Position numbers and translations under genes: made by a program. From a plasmid, in sequence record AP025670.1: a stretch of 64,000 nt of DNA; one strand, 5' to 3'. Below the pieces are notes generated by a model. It was not told the origin of the DNA, made no database searches, and was given only the letters and a program-made list of their open reading frames with translations. Positions 52,128-61,702 of the stretch are shown here, one piece after another (within the stretch, counting starts at the first letter, position 1; each line of letters begins with the position of its first letter).

Positions 52128-52493
52128 TTAGTAACGACGGCGATTAACCCATGCAATGATGAAACCACTCAGGATTATCACGAGAAAGATAAGGAATTGA
52201 TAACTTCCCTCCCCATACCAAGGACGTTCAGAGAACATTCTCATTTGACGCGCAGCCCCGACAACAGAGCCGAACTGTTCTTTGTCAGCCGCATAGTTGA
52301 GAAGGGGAAGTAACCCAATATAGGCTAACGCTGCTGTTACTGTGTTAACGACTGCTGGAGATAAAAAATCATTTAAAAATGAGTGTCTGCTCATGTGATA
52401 GTAGACGAACAGAGCAATAGCAGCCCCCCAGATAACAATCGAGAAGATTGTTGCGGTGTAAAATTTCATATTATCAATAAGGTTGTCGAACAT
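52128..52493 (-). CDS. Hypothetical small membrane protein (3 TM), 121 aa.
   Basis: ORF track; hydrophobicity. Confidence 0.4.
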   Translation of the reverse strand: MFDNLIDNMKFYTATIFSIVIWGAAIALFVYYHMSRHSFLNDFLSPAVVNTVTAALAYIGLLPLLNYAADKEQFGSVVGAARQMRMFSERPWYGEGSYQFLIFLVIILSGFIIAWVNRRRY

Positions 52494-52529
52494 GTGTTTT
52501 CCTTCTCCAATTTTAAAACCAAGTAAATG

Positions 52530-52823
52530 TCAGTCGTTTTCTGCTGCTTTTGCTATGCAGGATTCATGTGCATAAACCCCGCCGTAGGTATGCTCAATGT
52601 AGACAGTACCATTGGCGCGTACCATTTCCCTCCCCACGCGGGAATGAAAAGCTTCCGTCATATGCTGATCGCAAATCTCACAGTTACCGAGATGAGCGCT
52701 GCTTAGCCGGGTAGTTCTGGTGATACGAACGAGTTTCCCAGTATGGCGCGGCACCATCCGGCGCACAGAGGGCAGGGTAGAGGTATTATCGGTCGAGATT
52801 ATTGGGGCGTTAGGCGTTGTCAT
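52530..52823 (-). CDS. Hypothetical 97-aa protein (CEICDQH...HESC).
   Basis: ORF track. Confidence 0.4.
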   Translation of the reverse strand: MTTPNAPIISTDNTSTLPSVRRMVPRHTGKLVRITRTTRLSSAHLGNCEICDQHMTEAFHSRVGREMVRANGTVYIEHTYGGVYAHESCIAKAAEND

Positions 52824-52828
52824 TACTC

Positions 52829-53206
52829 TTATCCTTCTTTTGCTTCTTCTGCTGCGATCTCATCATCAATTTTCATGAGTATTCTGGCGAACTCCCTTTC
52901 AAGCTCACGGCGCAATGCACCCAGAGCACGCTTACGACTGGAGTATAGAGAGATACCATCACGAGACACGCCACCAAACGTGTTCGCTGGTGGTGGGGCT
53001 TTGCCCTCGCCATGCTTTGACCGGGTAGACCATGCTGTTTTAATCGAAATCATGCTTTCAGTAAAAGATGGTTTTCTGTAATCGTACCCAGTTATCAACT
53101 CGCTTCCCGGTGCCAGATCCTTAGAAGTAGGATGGTCAGTGAAGCGCAGGGCGCGATAGCTCCGGGCTTCTTCAAACGCTTCTTTCTCTTTCTTATTCAT
53201 TGCCAT
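52829..53206 (-). CDS. Hypothetical protein about 125 aa (MAMNKKEKEAFEEAR...).
   Basis: Internal Met with a GGGGGGAG RBS; promoter module at about 53264. Confidence 0.4.
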   Translation of the reverse strand: MAMNKKEKEAFEEARSYRALRFTDHPTSKDLAPGSELITGYDYRKPSFTESMISIKTAWSTRSKHGEGKAPPPANTFGGVSRDGISLYSSRKRALGALRRELEREFARILMKIDDEIAAEEAKEG

Positions 53207-53404
53207 GACAGGCTCCCCCCCATCGTCTGTAAAGTACAGAAAGGCTAACATGTCAACGAAGGGGGCCGAAGCGTTTCAGAGGAAATAACAGGTGAAATTT
53301 ACAGGATTTCACGATGAAATCCGATAGATTAATTACTTTAAATCAGTTAGTTACGATTGTTTTCATTACAGGATAAATCATCGCGTCAATTACGGCATAG
53401 TCAG

Positions 53405-53686
53405 TCATGGCCGATCCTTCATTTCATCCGGGTCTTCAATAGCAGCAAGTTGTTGCGGTGTTCTGTAGTCGCCACTCCATCCTATCCAGACAGATGGATC
53501 CCCTTCATTGGTCAACTCTTTGTTTCCATCTAAGCTGTCAGGAGAACGACGCTGTACAGTTTTACATGCTTTCACCAGATCAGCTTCTGCAACGTATGCC
53601 GAACATATGGTTTCATACCCGGCGATAACAACCTCTGAATCCTGATCATAATCTTGCAATAATTTAATAAGTTCTTTTACTTTCAT
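53405..53686 (-). CDS. Hypothetical 93-aa protein (MKVKELIKLLQDYDQD...).
   Basis: Internal Met with an AAGG RBS. Confidence 0.4.
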   Translation of the reverse strand: MKVKELIKLLQDYDQDSEVVIAGYETICSAYVAEADLVKACKTVQRRSPDSLDGNKELTNEGDPSVWIGWSGDYRTPQQLAAIEDPDEMKDRP

Positions 53687-53767
53687 TGCCTTAACCTTTC
53701 TCGATATTTGATGCATTAATAAGTTGTGTCTGCTCAACACAGTCTATAACGAATATTTTTGTCCATG

Positions 53768-54511
53768 TTAGTTATTGATGTACCGGTTAAGATCGGCGCG
53801 GGTAATGGAGTAGATATACTGCCATCCCTCGCCGTGGGCTGTAGCATAATCCAACTCAGGCAATACGGCATACCTTGAGTTGAATTGCAGGAAGTGTGCC
53901 AGCTCATGAGCCACCAGCGCTTTGACATGATTTAGGCGGTTCAGCGAAAAGAAACAGCCTATTAAGGGGGATTGGCGAACGTGCTGGTACTCCCAAAAGG
54001 TGTATCCGAAGTAGTCGGACTCAGGGCGATACAGATATCCCGGCGAAATGGTTATCCGGTTACGACTACCCCATGAAGTTTTTGTGTGCCAGCGTGTCCT
54101 GATTTTCGGGGCCGGGCCAGTGTACTGATGACTCTTGCGAAATCGCGACAGCAGGTGCCCGGCGTAAAACTCCACCAGCGACTCTACATGCTCAATTCTC
54201 TTTTGCCCGAAGTTCGCTATGACTGCATCCCGCGCCTCTCTCGCACCATTGCTTTTCAGTGGTACAGCTGGTGGCATTTTGAGGTCGATAACATCGAAGT
54301 GAAATTCATCTTCAAAGTCACCTTCCGGGGTATCAAGGTGAACGATCACCTCGTTAAGCGGCCCGTAGCGCTCAAGCAGGGCTGGGATACTCTTCACCTC
54401 CCGGCTATCAAGCAAATCATCCGCGCCGGGCACATCGAGCCAGAGAAAGCTGCCTTTCGGGATTGTTCTGTACTGCCTGATGTTGCTGGCAATAGCCTGA
54501 TGGATACTCAT
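53768..54511 (-). CDS. Putative zinc metallopeptidase-like protein (HExxH: 'LVAHELAHFLQF'), 247 aa.
   Basis: HExxH motif near the C-terminus; family unverified. Confidence 0.45.
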   Translation of the reverse strand: MSIHQAIASNIRQYRTIPKGSFLWLDVPGADDLLDSREVKSIPALLERYGPLNEVIVHLDTPEGDFEDEFHFDVIDLKMPPAVPLKSNGAREARDAVIANFGQKRIEHVESLVEFYAGHLLSRFRKSHQYTGPAPKIRTRWHTKTSWGSRNRITISPGYLYRPESDYFGYTFWEYQHVRQSPLIGCFFSLNRLNHVKALVAHELAHFLQFNSRYAVLPELDYATAHGEGWQYIYSITRADLNRYINN

Positions 54512-54514
54512 GAA

Positions 54515-54943
54515 TTAGTTCTCCGGTGTTGCTGACAGACTATCAGCAGGCCAGCATTCATCAATGCGCTCATGCAGGCAGATAAACACACTGTTATCTG
54601 CCATTAGCACAAAATCCAATTCGTTAGCAGTATCCTCTTTAGTCAAAACACGTTTGAGAAACACTGGTTCGCCATTGAACATGACTAACGTCCGAGTCGG
54701 CATATCGATCTGCTTTTCATAACCGACAATAGCGACCTGACTCGTCTGAGGAATACGTGCAACTTCCTCACGGATACCTTGCGGCTGATAATCTTCATTA
54801 TCCGTTAACGACAGGATATTGAAGTAATCGGGATCGCTTGTCAGCTTTTCGTTTGTGGTACTCAAAAAAACAAATGCAGTTGCAATGAGCAGTACAACAC
54901 TGAGAACAAATGACCATTCCTTGATGTTTTTTTTCATGCTCAA
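54515..54943 (-). CDS. Hypothetical exported protein (N-terminal signal/TM), 142 aa.
   Basis: ORF track; hydrophobic N-terminus 'WSFVLSVVLLIATAFVFL'. Confidence 0.4.
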   Translation of the reverse strand: MSMKKNIKEWSFVLSVVLLIATAFVFLSTTNEKLTSDPDYFNILSLTDNEDYQPQGIREEVARIPQTSQVAIVGYEKQIDMPTRTLVMFNGEPVFLKRVLTKEDTANELDFVLMADNSVFICLHERIDECWPADSLSATPEN

Positions 54944-55368
54944 TCCCTTATCTGCATTGTCTTTGCTGCTGATTTCCCGGCATCAGTTAGTTTAACCGGG
55001 TAGAAAGTGGTTCGGCTTTTCTCACCCTCGCAGGCGTATGCCACCAGCCCGAGACGCAAAAGCACAGGGATAGACGGTGCGGCGATGTCATTTGTTACGA
55101 ACCGGGTTCTGATACATGGCCTACACTCCAAAGCCTTTTTACCGTCCCCCCTTAGCTTGTACGACGCCCCACTGGATAGACGACGCAGCGTGTAAATTTG
55201 CGCGTTACTCAGCTGTTTCACGGATAAGCCTCTGGATTTCTTTTTTAGCCAGCTGGCGAGCACGATGCTTGTCTGCACGCATGACATCACCGTAGGCATT
55301 GCCTTTTCGGTATCCGCGACGACGGCACTTATGACAGGTACAGCCATTAACAGAATAGGATTGACCAA
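54940..55368 (-). CDS. Uncertain ORF with a TTG start. A different frame from an ATG near 55373 encodes a 57-aa basic Cys-rich peptide (MEPFGQSYSVNGCTCHKCRRRGYRKGNAYGD...) with a GGGGG RBS.
   Basis: ORF track plus manual reading of the overlapping frame. Confidence 0.25.
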   Translation of the reverse strand: MVNPILLMAVPVISAVVADTEKAMPTVMSCVQTSIVLASWLKKKSRGLSVKQLSNAQIYTLRRLSSGASYKLRGDGKKALECRPCIRTRFVTNDIAAPSIPVLLRLGLVAYACEGEKSRTTFYPVKLTDAGKSAAKTMQIRD

Positions 55369-55442
55369 ATGGTTCCATGTTTACCCCCCGATTAACATGA
55401 CAGGCTGGTGGAGCGGTTCAGGCCACCAGCCATAGGACTGTT

Positions 55443-55961
55443 TTAGTCCTGATTGAAATTATGTTGCAGCCCGTAAGTTTCCCGCAGGAATTGAAGTTGC
55501 GCTTCCAGATCATTAATGCGCTTTTGTTGCACGTTCCACGCCAACCCGACGTTGGTACACACATCCGGGTCTTTAGCGTGGCAATGCGGGCAATGTATGC
55601 CGTATTCATCACTGACTTGGTTTCCTTCATAGGATTCATAGCTGGGATACACGGCAAGGCAGCTGGGGCACTCAACGATATGGGCCTCTCCCTTATAATC
55701 ATCAGACACATAGCGATGTAAAAACCCTGCATTGGTATTGCGCTTCTCAAAATCGTTTTGCGTATCGCTTTCAGATTTAGACTTAGCTTCTCCTTCTCCG
55801 GGCTTGAATGCTTTCCTCAGTACCTGCAACGGAGGAAGGACAGCCGCAGAGTCAGAGTTATCTTCATCGTTATCAAAAATGATATCGGTGCCCTGATCAA
55901 CGTTAGCGTTTAGCCAGTCGATCATCACATCCAGCGCTTGTAATGGGGTTAATGCAGACAT
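55443..55961 (-). CDS. Hypothetical 172-aa acidic protein with CxxC..CxxC (zinc-ribbon-like).
   Basis: ORF track; promoter module (TTCGGC) at about 56017. Confidence 0.45.
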   Translation of the reverse strand: MSALTPLQALDVMIDWLNANVDQGTDIIFDNDEDNSDSAAVLPPLQVLRKAFKPGEGEAKSKSESDTQNDFEKRNTNAGFLHRYVSDDYKGEAHIVECPSCLAVYPSYESYEGNQVSDEYGIHCPHCHAKDPDVCTNVGLAWNVQQKRINDLEAQLQFLRETYGLQHNFNQD

Positions 55962-56054
55962 CTTTTGCCTCTCAATTCGTCGTTTAATAAAACTATTAAA
56001 ACATCCGTTCCGGGGAGGCCGAAGTCATCCGGGGGTAAAAAATCTCACACAGGG

Positions 56055-56609
56055 TCATTTATTTTTCATTCGCCAGAACAGGGCCGCGAGGCAACGAAGG
56101 TTGTCGTGTTGCCTTGTCAGCTTCTTGGCGTAACGACGATGGTGGGGAGCGCTTTGCTGGATAAGCCCGCTCTCAATGAGCCGGATGATGAGGCGGCATT
56201 TCCATACAGAATGTATCGCGTTGGTAATGATGGCCATCCCTGATACGACCACTAGCACAAGGCCCGAAAGTTCCGGGTACACAGGGCACACCACCGCATA
56301 GACGAAAAACAGTTTTAGGTTCGTCACTCCAGCAGAGTACAGTACCACCGCAGGCTCACTGACCGACGCGCTGAGCGCGTGACTGTCTGCATTCAATATC
56401 TGTCTTAACGTCAGAAGTACCGAAGGGATCACGCAGAAGAGCATTAGGCCCGCGCCTGTAAAAATGAGAGCAATAGATTGCCCGAGGAATCCATTCATGA
56501 TTAACCCATACATAACGTCAAATTCGCTGCATACAGAGTTAACACAGGGTAGGGCAAGGTCGAAGTATCTGGCTGGTGGGTGAGGCCGTACCGGGCGATA
56601 CAGCCTCAT
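56055..56609 (-). CDS. Hypothetical polytopic membrane protein, 184 aa.
   Basis: ORF track; hydrophobicity. Confidence 0.4.
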   Translation of the reverse strand: MRLYRPVRPHPPARYFDLALPCVNSVCSEFDVMYGLIMNGFLGQSIALIFTGAGLMLFCVIPSVLLTLRQILNADSHALSASVSEPAVVLYSAGVTNLKLFFVYAVVCPVYPELSGLVLVVVSGMAIITNAIHSVWKCRLIIRLIESGLIQQSAPHHRRYAKKLTRQHDNLRCLAALFWRMKNK

Positions 56610-56620
56610 TTAAAGGGGTA

Positions 56621-56950
56621 CTACGACTGGTCTGCGATTTCCTCAGCCAATTCGGTTGCCGCGATCAGGGCATCTTCAAGGTTATTGGTGTTATCAGAGA
56701 TAACGTCCCAGCCGCTATTGCCGTAAACGAGATGTACCCAGCCTACATGCTTACCATCACTGTCGTAGGCGTAAAGAAACTCTTCATCAGTAGAGAACAT
56801 TGCTTCCATGATGCTGCTAACGTTGTCTGTTACCTCCGTTACCAGTTCTTCACCGTCATAAACGGCGATACCGAATCCGGCATCCACCAGCCCCTGAGCC
56901 GCAGTTTCTACAATCCGGCGTTCAACAATTTGTTTTTCCTGAATATCCAT
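56621..56950 (-). CDS. Small highly acidic protein, 109 aa. Possible DNA-mimic or anti-restriction-like role (speculative).
   Basis: ORF track; D/E-rich composition. Confidence 0.4.
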   Translation of the reverse strand: MDIQEKQIVERRIVETAAQGLVDAGFGIAVYDGEELVTEVTDNVSSIMEAMFSTDEEFLYAYDSDGKHVGWVHLVYGNSGWDVISDNTNNLEDALIAATELAEEIADQS

Positions 56951-57051
56951 TGCTGCATCCTTTGATGTCAGTTAGTGAGTCGGTGAAACTTTTTACGCGA
57001 TGACAAATCCCCCCTACCTGTTAGGCAGTAAGGGGGGGAGGGGATAGGGAT

Positions 57052-58119
57052 TCAAGCCGCTCCTGTTTCGGTGGCTGTGTTATCTTCGCCAGCATCAGCA
57101 TCAGCATCAGTATCTGTTTTCTGATTTGCTTCATACTGCTCAAGGATAGCCAGCAGCATTCGGGCAGCATCAGCCGGGATATTAATGCTCACATCATCCG
57201 GGTCTTTCGTGTCTTCCGTTTTCACACGTTCGATCTGCAAACGGATTTGATTGCTGGCTGGCAGCAGAGAGGTGAAGGTTTCACGGATAGCCTTTGGTTT
57301 CACGGTGACTTTTTTAGACTTCACAAAACGCGCCGTAACCTTGTCCTTACCTGCTTTCTTCGCTTCACCCAGAGAGGCCATCAGCTCTTCGTAAACGTTA
57401 CGCTCAGTGCCCTTGCACTCCACCAGCAGGTTGATAGCGACGTCAGCAGAAACTTTGTCCTCGCGAACCAACTCCTTAACGTTTTCCTCTGCCTCAACCA
57501 GAATTAGAGAGCGGCGAACGGTCTGGATGTTATTACCTGAGCCCGCCGCTATTTCTTCAATGGAGAGATTCCAGCCACGAAGACGACGGAAACCTTCTGC
57601 ACGTTCGATAGGTTTCAGAGCCAGTCCCTGAGCGCTCTTGAGCATCTCAAACACTTCACCGGCAGAGTTACCTGTGTATTCTTCAATCGGCAGTGAAGCA
57701 ATCTTCGCACCAGCTTGAATCGCAGCCATCAGGCCAGCAAAACGGTGGTGCCCGTCAATGATCTTGAGTCGCGTCACGCCATTAAGAATAACGGCTTTAA
57801 CCAAGATTGGTGGGATTCGATCCCCACGCATCCACATCCCTTTGAACATTTCCACCTGCTCAAGATTGAGGTTGCGCAGGTTAAAACCGACTTCAACATA
57901 CAGCCATGCAGGAGAAACGTTGTACCCGTTGTTACGTCCCACACTGGCCTCATCAAACAGAACGGTAGAATTTTCCTTTTTCACTTTCGCCAACAAATCG
58001 CTGATCTGACGAAGTGAAGTAGGTTTTTTTTCCATTTCCGCCATTTTTACTGCCAGCTCACCCAAAGCTGAGTTGTCCTGAGATTTAACAAAAATTTCCT
58101 GTACGTTGATGTCGCTCAT
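57052..58119 (-). CDS. ParB-like nuclease domain protein (ParB/Srx N-terminal domain with 'IIDGHHRFAG'), typical of leading regions.
   Basis: Motif in the translation; acidic C-terminal tail. Confidence 0.65.
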   Translation of the reverse strand: MSDINVQEIFVKSQDNSALGELAVKMAEMEKKPTSLRQISDLLAKVKKENSTVLFDEASVGRNNGYNVSPAWLYVEVGFNLRNLNLEQVEMFKGMWMRGDRIPPILVKAVILNGVTRLKIIDGHHRFAGLMAAIQAGAKIASLPIEEYTGNSAGEVFEMLKSAQGLALKPIERAEGFRRLRGWNLSIEEIAAGSGNNIQTVRRSLILVEAEENVKELVREDKVSADVAINLLVECKGTERNVYEELMASLGEAKKAGKDKVTARFVKSKKVTVKPKAIRETFTSLLPASNQIRLQIERVKTEDTKDPDDVSINIPADAARMLLAILEQYEANQKTDTDADADAGEDNTATETGAA

Positions 58120-58394
58120 TGTCTTGCCTCCGATGCGGTTAAAAAATGTTTTGTGTGTGTTGCTGTAGTTCTAGTAAACCACGCTGCCGACAGAGGTCGA
58201 ATAGCAAAACTGAAAAAAAACGTTTTTTATTCACTTTTTTTTCAATCCCAGAAGCGACGGGCTCAACAGGCAGATTTGATGAAGAAAAAGCGAAAATGGC
58301 GATAAAAAAAAGACCGCTATCAAAAAAGAAAGCGATCTCAATGAATAAAAACTGTTTTTCTAACCCCGCAACAATGACACGCTGGGGATACACT

Positions 58395-58685
58395 TTACTT
58401 TTCTTTCTGCATCATAACGGCAAGTTGTCGCACTACAGCACGCAGGGCCGCATCATCAGCGATCACCGGGGGAAGGCCAGCCACAATACTGTCAGAGGCG
58501 TAGATGTTGCCGTGCCACTCAAGCTGGTGGCCTGACACCTGATAGCTGAATAGCCACTCGCTTTCCTCTTCAAGTTCCCAGAAGCACAGCAATGTCCCAT
58601 CATCATGCCCGATGCCTTCGGAAAAGGTCAGATCGATACCCCGGCTTTTTGCCATATTGTGAGTCGTTTTGCTGATAGTGAACAT
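58395..58685 (-). CDS. Hypothetical 96-aa protein.
   Basis: ORF track; TTCGAC-N16-GATAAT promoter at about 58741. Confidence 0.4.
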   Translation of the reverse strand: MFTISKTTHNMAKSRGIDLTFSEGIGHDDGTLLCFWELEEESEWLFSYQVSGHQLEWHGNIYASDSIVAGLPPVIADDAALRAVVRQLAVMMQKEK

Positions 58686-58874
58686 GCTTTACCCCGTACT
58701 GTGAGCTACTGTTTGATAAAACAATTATCTCACGCTTTCGGGAGTGTCGAAGTCTAAGGAAAACCATCAAGATGAGGGGGAGGGAGTGGGGTAGATACCG
58801 AGGGGGCGAACATAAAGTGATGTACGCCCTTTGAGTATTATGCGTATTCTAACAGCTTCAATAACACTTTTTCG

Positions 58875-59189
58875 TTAAGCGCCCATAGAACGTTCATAGG
58901 CTTGTTCTCTTCTCAGTTCATTTTCAATACGCGCATCTCTACGCAGTTCCACAAGCTTACGTTTCTCCGCAAAGTTCATACGGGACACGTCCGGCAGTTT
59001 AACCGACCCACGGCCTTTACAGACGCTACAAGTGACATCAAACCGACCATCCATGTAGTTCTGACGGTCTTCAAGATCCCATTCGTTCCACTCGCTTGCC
59101 GTAATGCCATTAGCAAACGCCTCATGGCCCGTTTTGCCTTCGCCATCGCAGTTACCGCAGATAGCCCAATAGTAGTGAGAAAACTCCAT
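58875..59189 (-). CDS. Hypothetical Cys-rich 104-aa protein (CGNCDGEGK..CSVCKGRG; DnaJ-like CxxCxGxG pair).
   Basis: ORF track; motif reading. Confidence 0.45.
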   Translation of the reverse strand: MEFSHYYWAICGNCDGEGKTGHEAFANGITASEWNEWDLEDRQNYMDGRFDVTCSVCKGRGSVKLPDVSRMNFAEKRKLVELRRDARIENELRREQAYERSMGA

Positions 59190-59496
59190 ACAACCCCCAT
59201 AGAAACGTTATCTGAGCAATACCTTTACTTTGGCACGTATGTCTGCCAGTTCGTTTACACTGACCGTGGACGTCATGGTGGATTCGACAACCCCACCAGC
59301 AGGGAAACTATTCTATGACTATTCAGAGGAAGGCCGAAGCCCGGTAATACCTACAATAAGGTAAATATCCACGGATCTGAATACTGTAAGTTAAGGCAAA
59401 GGTGCGCTGAATAGCAAAGAGGGAGTATTCAATACCCCAGAGTCAGGGGAAGAAGCACCGCCAATTGAGGGCCAGACAGGATAAAGAGGAAGTCGG

Positions 59497-60012
59497 TTAT
59501 TCTAATCCCTGCGAGTACAGCTGATATCTGCATTCACGTTTGAAGTGCTCAGGCTCACCGAGATAAATAAACCATGCACGGCTTATCTTTAGTTCACTGG
59601 CTACGCTGATAGCGTCATCCAGTCTTTGTATCGCAAAAGCCACGCCGCGATTTTTGAACTCATCAGCACACGCTAAGAGACTGTCTTTGTCGAAATATAT
59701 TGTCTCGTCTATACCCACTGGGCCAGCAGGCACATATTCGGTACTGAACATAGCGGGCATTTCCCAGTCCTGAGCAACCATCAGCTCTCGTGCATCGGTC
59801 ACGCGTCCGGGAAGGGCACTGTTCAGCATGAGTGATTTACCCACCCCCGGCTGTCCAACCAGAAACACCGGGATACCCATTCGCACAGAAAACCGGATAG
59901 CGATATCTAGCAAGCGACGTTTCAGCGCCATCTTGTTGCTGAACTGCTTGTAATTTACCCGTGGCATGTTCACCACATGGAATTTCGCATCTTTCACACA
60001 AATTGTACGCAT
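59497..60012 (-). CDS. P-loop NTPase-like protein (GQPGVGKS), about 171 aa.
   Basis: Walker A motif. The internal ATG (MRTICVKD) is preferred over the long alternative-start ORF. Confidence 0.45.
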   Translation of the reverse strand: MRTICVKDAKFHVVNMPRVNYKQFSNKMALKRRLLDIAIRFSVRMGIPVFLVGQPGVGKSLMLNSALPGRVTDARELMVAQDWEMPAMFSTEYVPAGPVGIDETIYFDKDSLLACADEFKNRGVAFAIQRLDDAISVASELKISRAWFIYLGEPEHFKRECRYQLYSQGLE

Positions 60013-60291
60013 CGCAAAACACCCCTCTGACAGTATCGCCCGCCACCGTTCTCGTGGGCCGCATGGTAAAACGAGATATTTTACCTTAATGAGAACCCTA
60101 ACGACAGACATCCAGCCCTTATCACTGTTTACCAACACACTACCGATGCACGGTAAGTGCGGTATGTACGACTGACGCGCTACGCTTGTCCAACCGCTGC
60201 CGGGCAATGAAAGATGATTCCATTCATTACCCGTCAACGGTTCCCTAATTACCCCTCAATCAACCCGCGCATACCCGCAACGTAAGCTTTT

Positions 60292-61014
60292 TCAGCCTTG
60301 ATCAGTTTCATCAGTCACCTTCTGATTAAGTCCCAGAACGGCATCAGCCAGTACCCGTGGGTCTGCACCGCGCTGGTGGAGCATCATGGCAAAAACGGCA
60401 ATGTCTTCAAACGTACCCGCGTTACCTTTCAGCAAATGAGCCACCAGCTGCTCTGCCAGCAGCGTATCACTGCAATGCGTCCGGGACTCCCAGCCACCGC
60501 GCCCCTTAGCCCGTGACTTTGCCAGCTTCGCCTTACATGCCATAGCAAACGCATCAAAACAGATATCATCGCTATGCTGTACCCGGCGAGTAACACCATC
60601 AGAAGTTACTGTGTCACTTTTTGAATTCGAGATAATCGTTAGCAAACGCGAGATAACCGCAGAAGAACGGGCCGCATATTCAGAAACCGAGACATCAGTA
60701 CCGGTGTCCATGCCATCGAGCTCAAAACGCAGGTCGATTGTGTCACAGTCAATGTCACCATGATCGAGACTGCCTATCTGTTCCAAAACAAACAGGCATT
60801 GTCGGGCTTCATTCAGACACGCCAAATCAAGGGCTGGTGGAGGGGCATAAGCTGTCTTTACCAGAATGCGCTTTTCCCACTTCTCCGGGTCATGCAGGGG
60901 AGTATGAAACTCCGCCTCGCTCACCTCGACCCATTCAGCCTGTTCTTTAGAGCCATCAAGAAGGCGCACCTGAAAAACAGCACCAGCCACAGACTCAATT
61001 TTTTGTTCAGTCAT
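60292..61014 (-). CDS. Hypothetical 240-aa protein.
   Basis: ORF track. Confidence 0.45.
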   Translation of the reverse strand: MTEQKIESVAGAVFQVRLLDGSKEQAEWVEVSEAEFHTPLHDPEKWEKRILVKTAYAPPPALDLACLNEARQCLFVLEQIGSLDHGDIDCDTIDLRFELDGMDTGTDVSVSEYAARSSAVISRLLTIISNSKSDTVTSDGVTRRVQHSDDICFDAFAMACKAKLAKSRAKGRGGWESRTHCSDTLLAEQLVAHLLKGNAGTFEDIAVFAMMLHQRGADPRVLADAVLGLNQKVTDETDQG

Positions 61015-61031
61015 ATCCCCCCCGGATAAAA

Positions 61032-61469
61032 CTATTTTTCAGTGGTGATCGCTATAACGAAAGGTACATCGGGCGTGCCTTTAGTTTCTGAGTTCTCAAT
61101 GACAAACCCAGTTTCCCACACGCCATTTGCGCCGTATTCGCGCTCACTGCTCTCGTCTTCCGGCAGCACCTTAAAAACGCCCCGCGCCAGCTCTTCCTGT
61201 TCCTCAGTAAGAGCAACGTAGCAGTTGTTCTCATGGATACATAAGCTGCCATCTGCATGACGCAGGATTACCATGTCTGATCCGAACTGACCGACCTTAC
61301 GACGCACCTGCACACAGAACCCCACCCGGTTACTTACTGGCAAGCTGTTTGGCCCGGTAATGACAAACTGCCCAAAAGCTGGATGAGATGACGTGCGTAT
61401 CATCCGGCTCCAGTCCATATTCGCGCCAATACTGGTAAGAATGTTCACAGCATCCTCGTTATCCATCAT
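61032..61469 (-). CDS. Hypothetical 145-aa protein.
   Basis: ORF track. Confidence 0.45.
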   Translation of the reverse strand: MMDNEDAVNILTSIGANMDWSRMIRTSSHPAFGQFVITGPNSLPVSNRVGFCVQVRRKVGQFGSDMVILRHADGSLCIHENNCYVALTEEQEELARGVFKVLPEDESSEREYGANGVWETGFVIENSETKGTPDVPFVIAITTEK

Positions 61470-61702
61470 TCTGATTTCCCCCCCATTTTATATCTTAGTC
61501 ACTGCCAAAAGCATCGTAGTAGGCGACGTCTACAGGCGTACCTGCATTGTAGGTATCTTCCCAGCCGCTACTTTCACCCACGCTGTCACCGTTAAGCTCA
61601 GCAATCAGGCTCAGCTGCTCAAACCATTCCTCAAAAGAGCTCGTGGCTTTTGTCGATGCAAAATCAGCCATATACTTTCTCTCTCGTTTTGTTGGGCCAG
61701 TG

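Noticed and set aside
59281-59300. A plus-orientation TTCGAC hexamer considered as an additional promoter module copy.
   Set aside because: It lacks the conserved GGGGG/CCCCC tract and a -10 at the right spacing.
59497-60237. Long 246-aa alternative-start version of the P-loop ORF, and similarly 62823..63362, 36411.. and 1209..1877 long forms.
   Set aside because: Internal ATGs with proper RBSs give more plausible proteins. The upstream extensions overlap the conserved 75-bp element or promoter modules.
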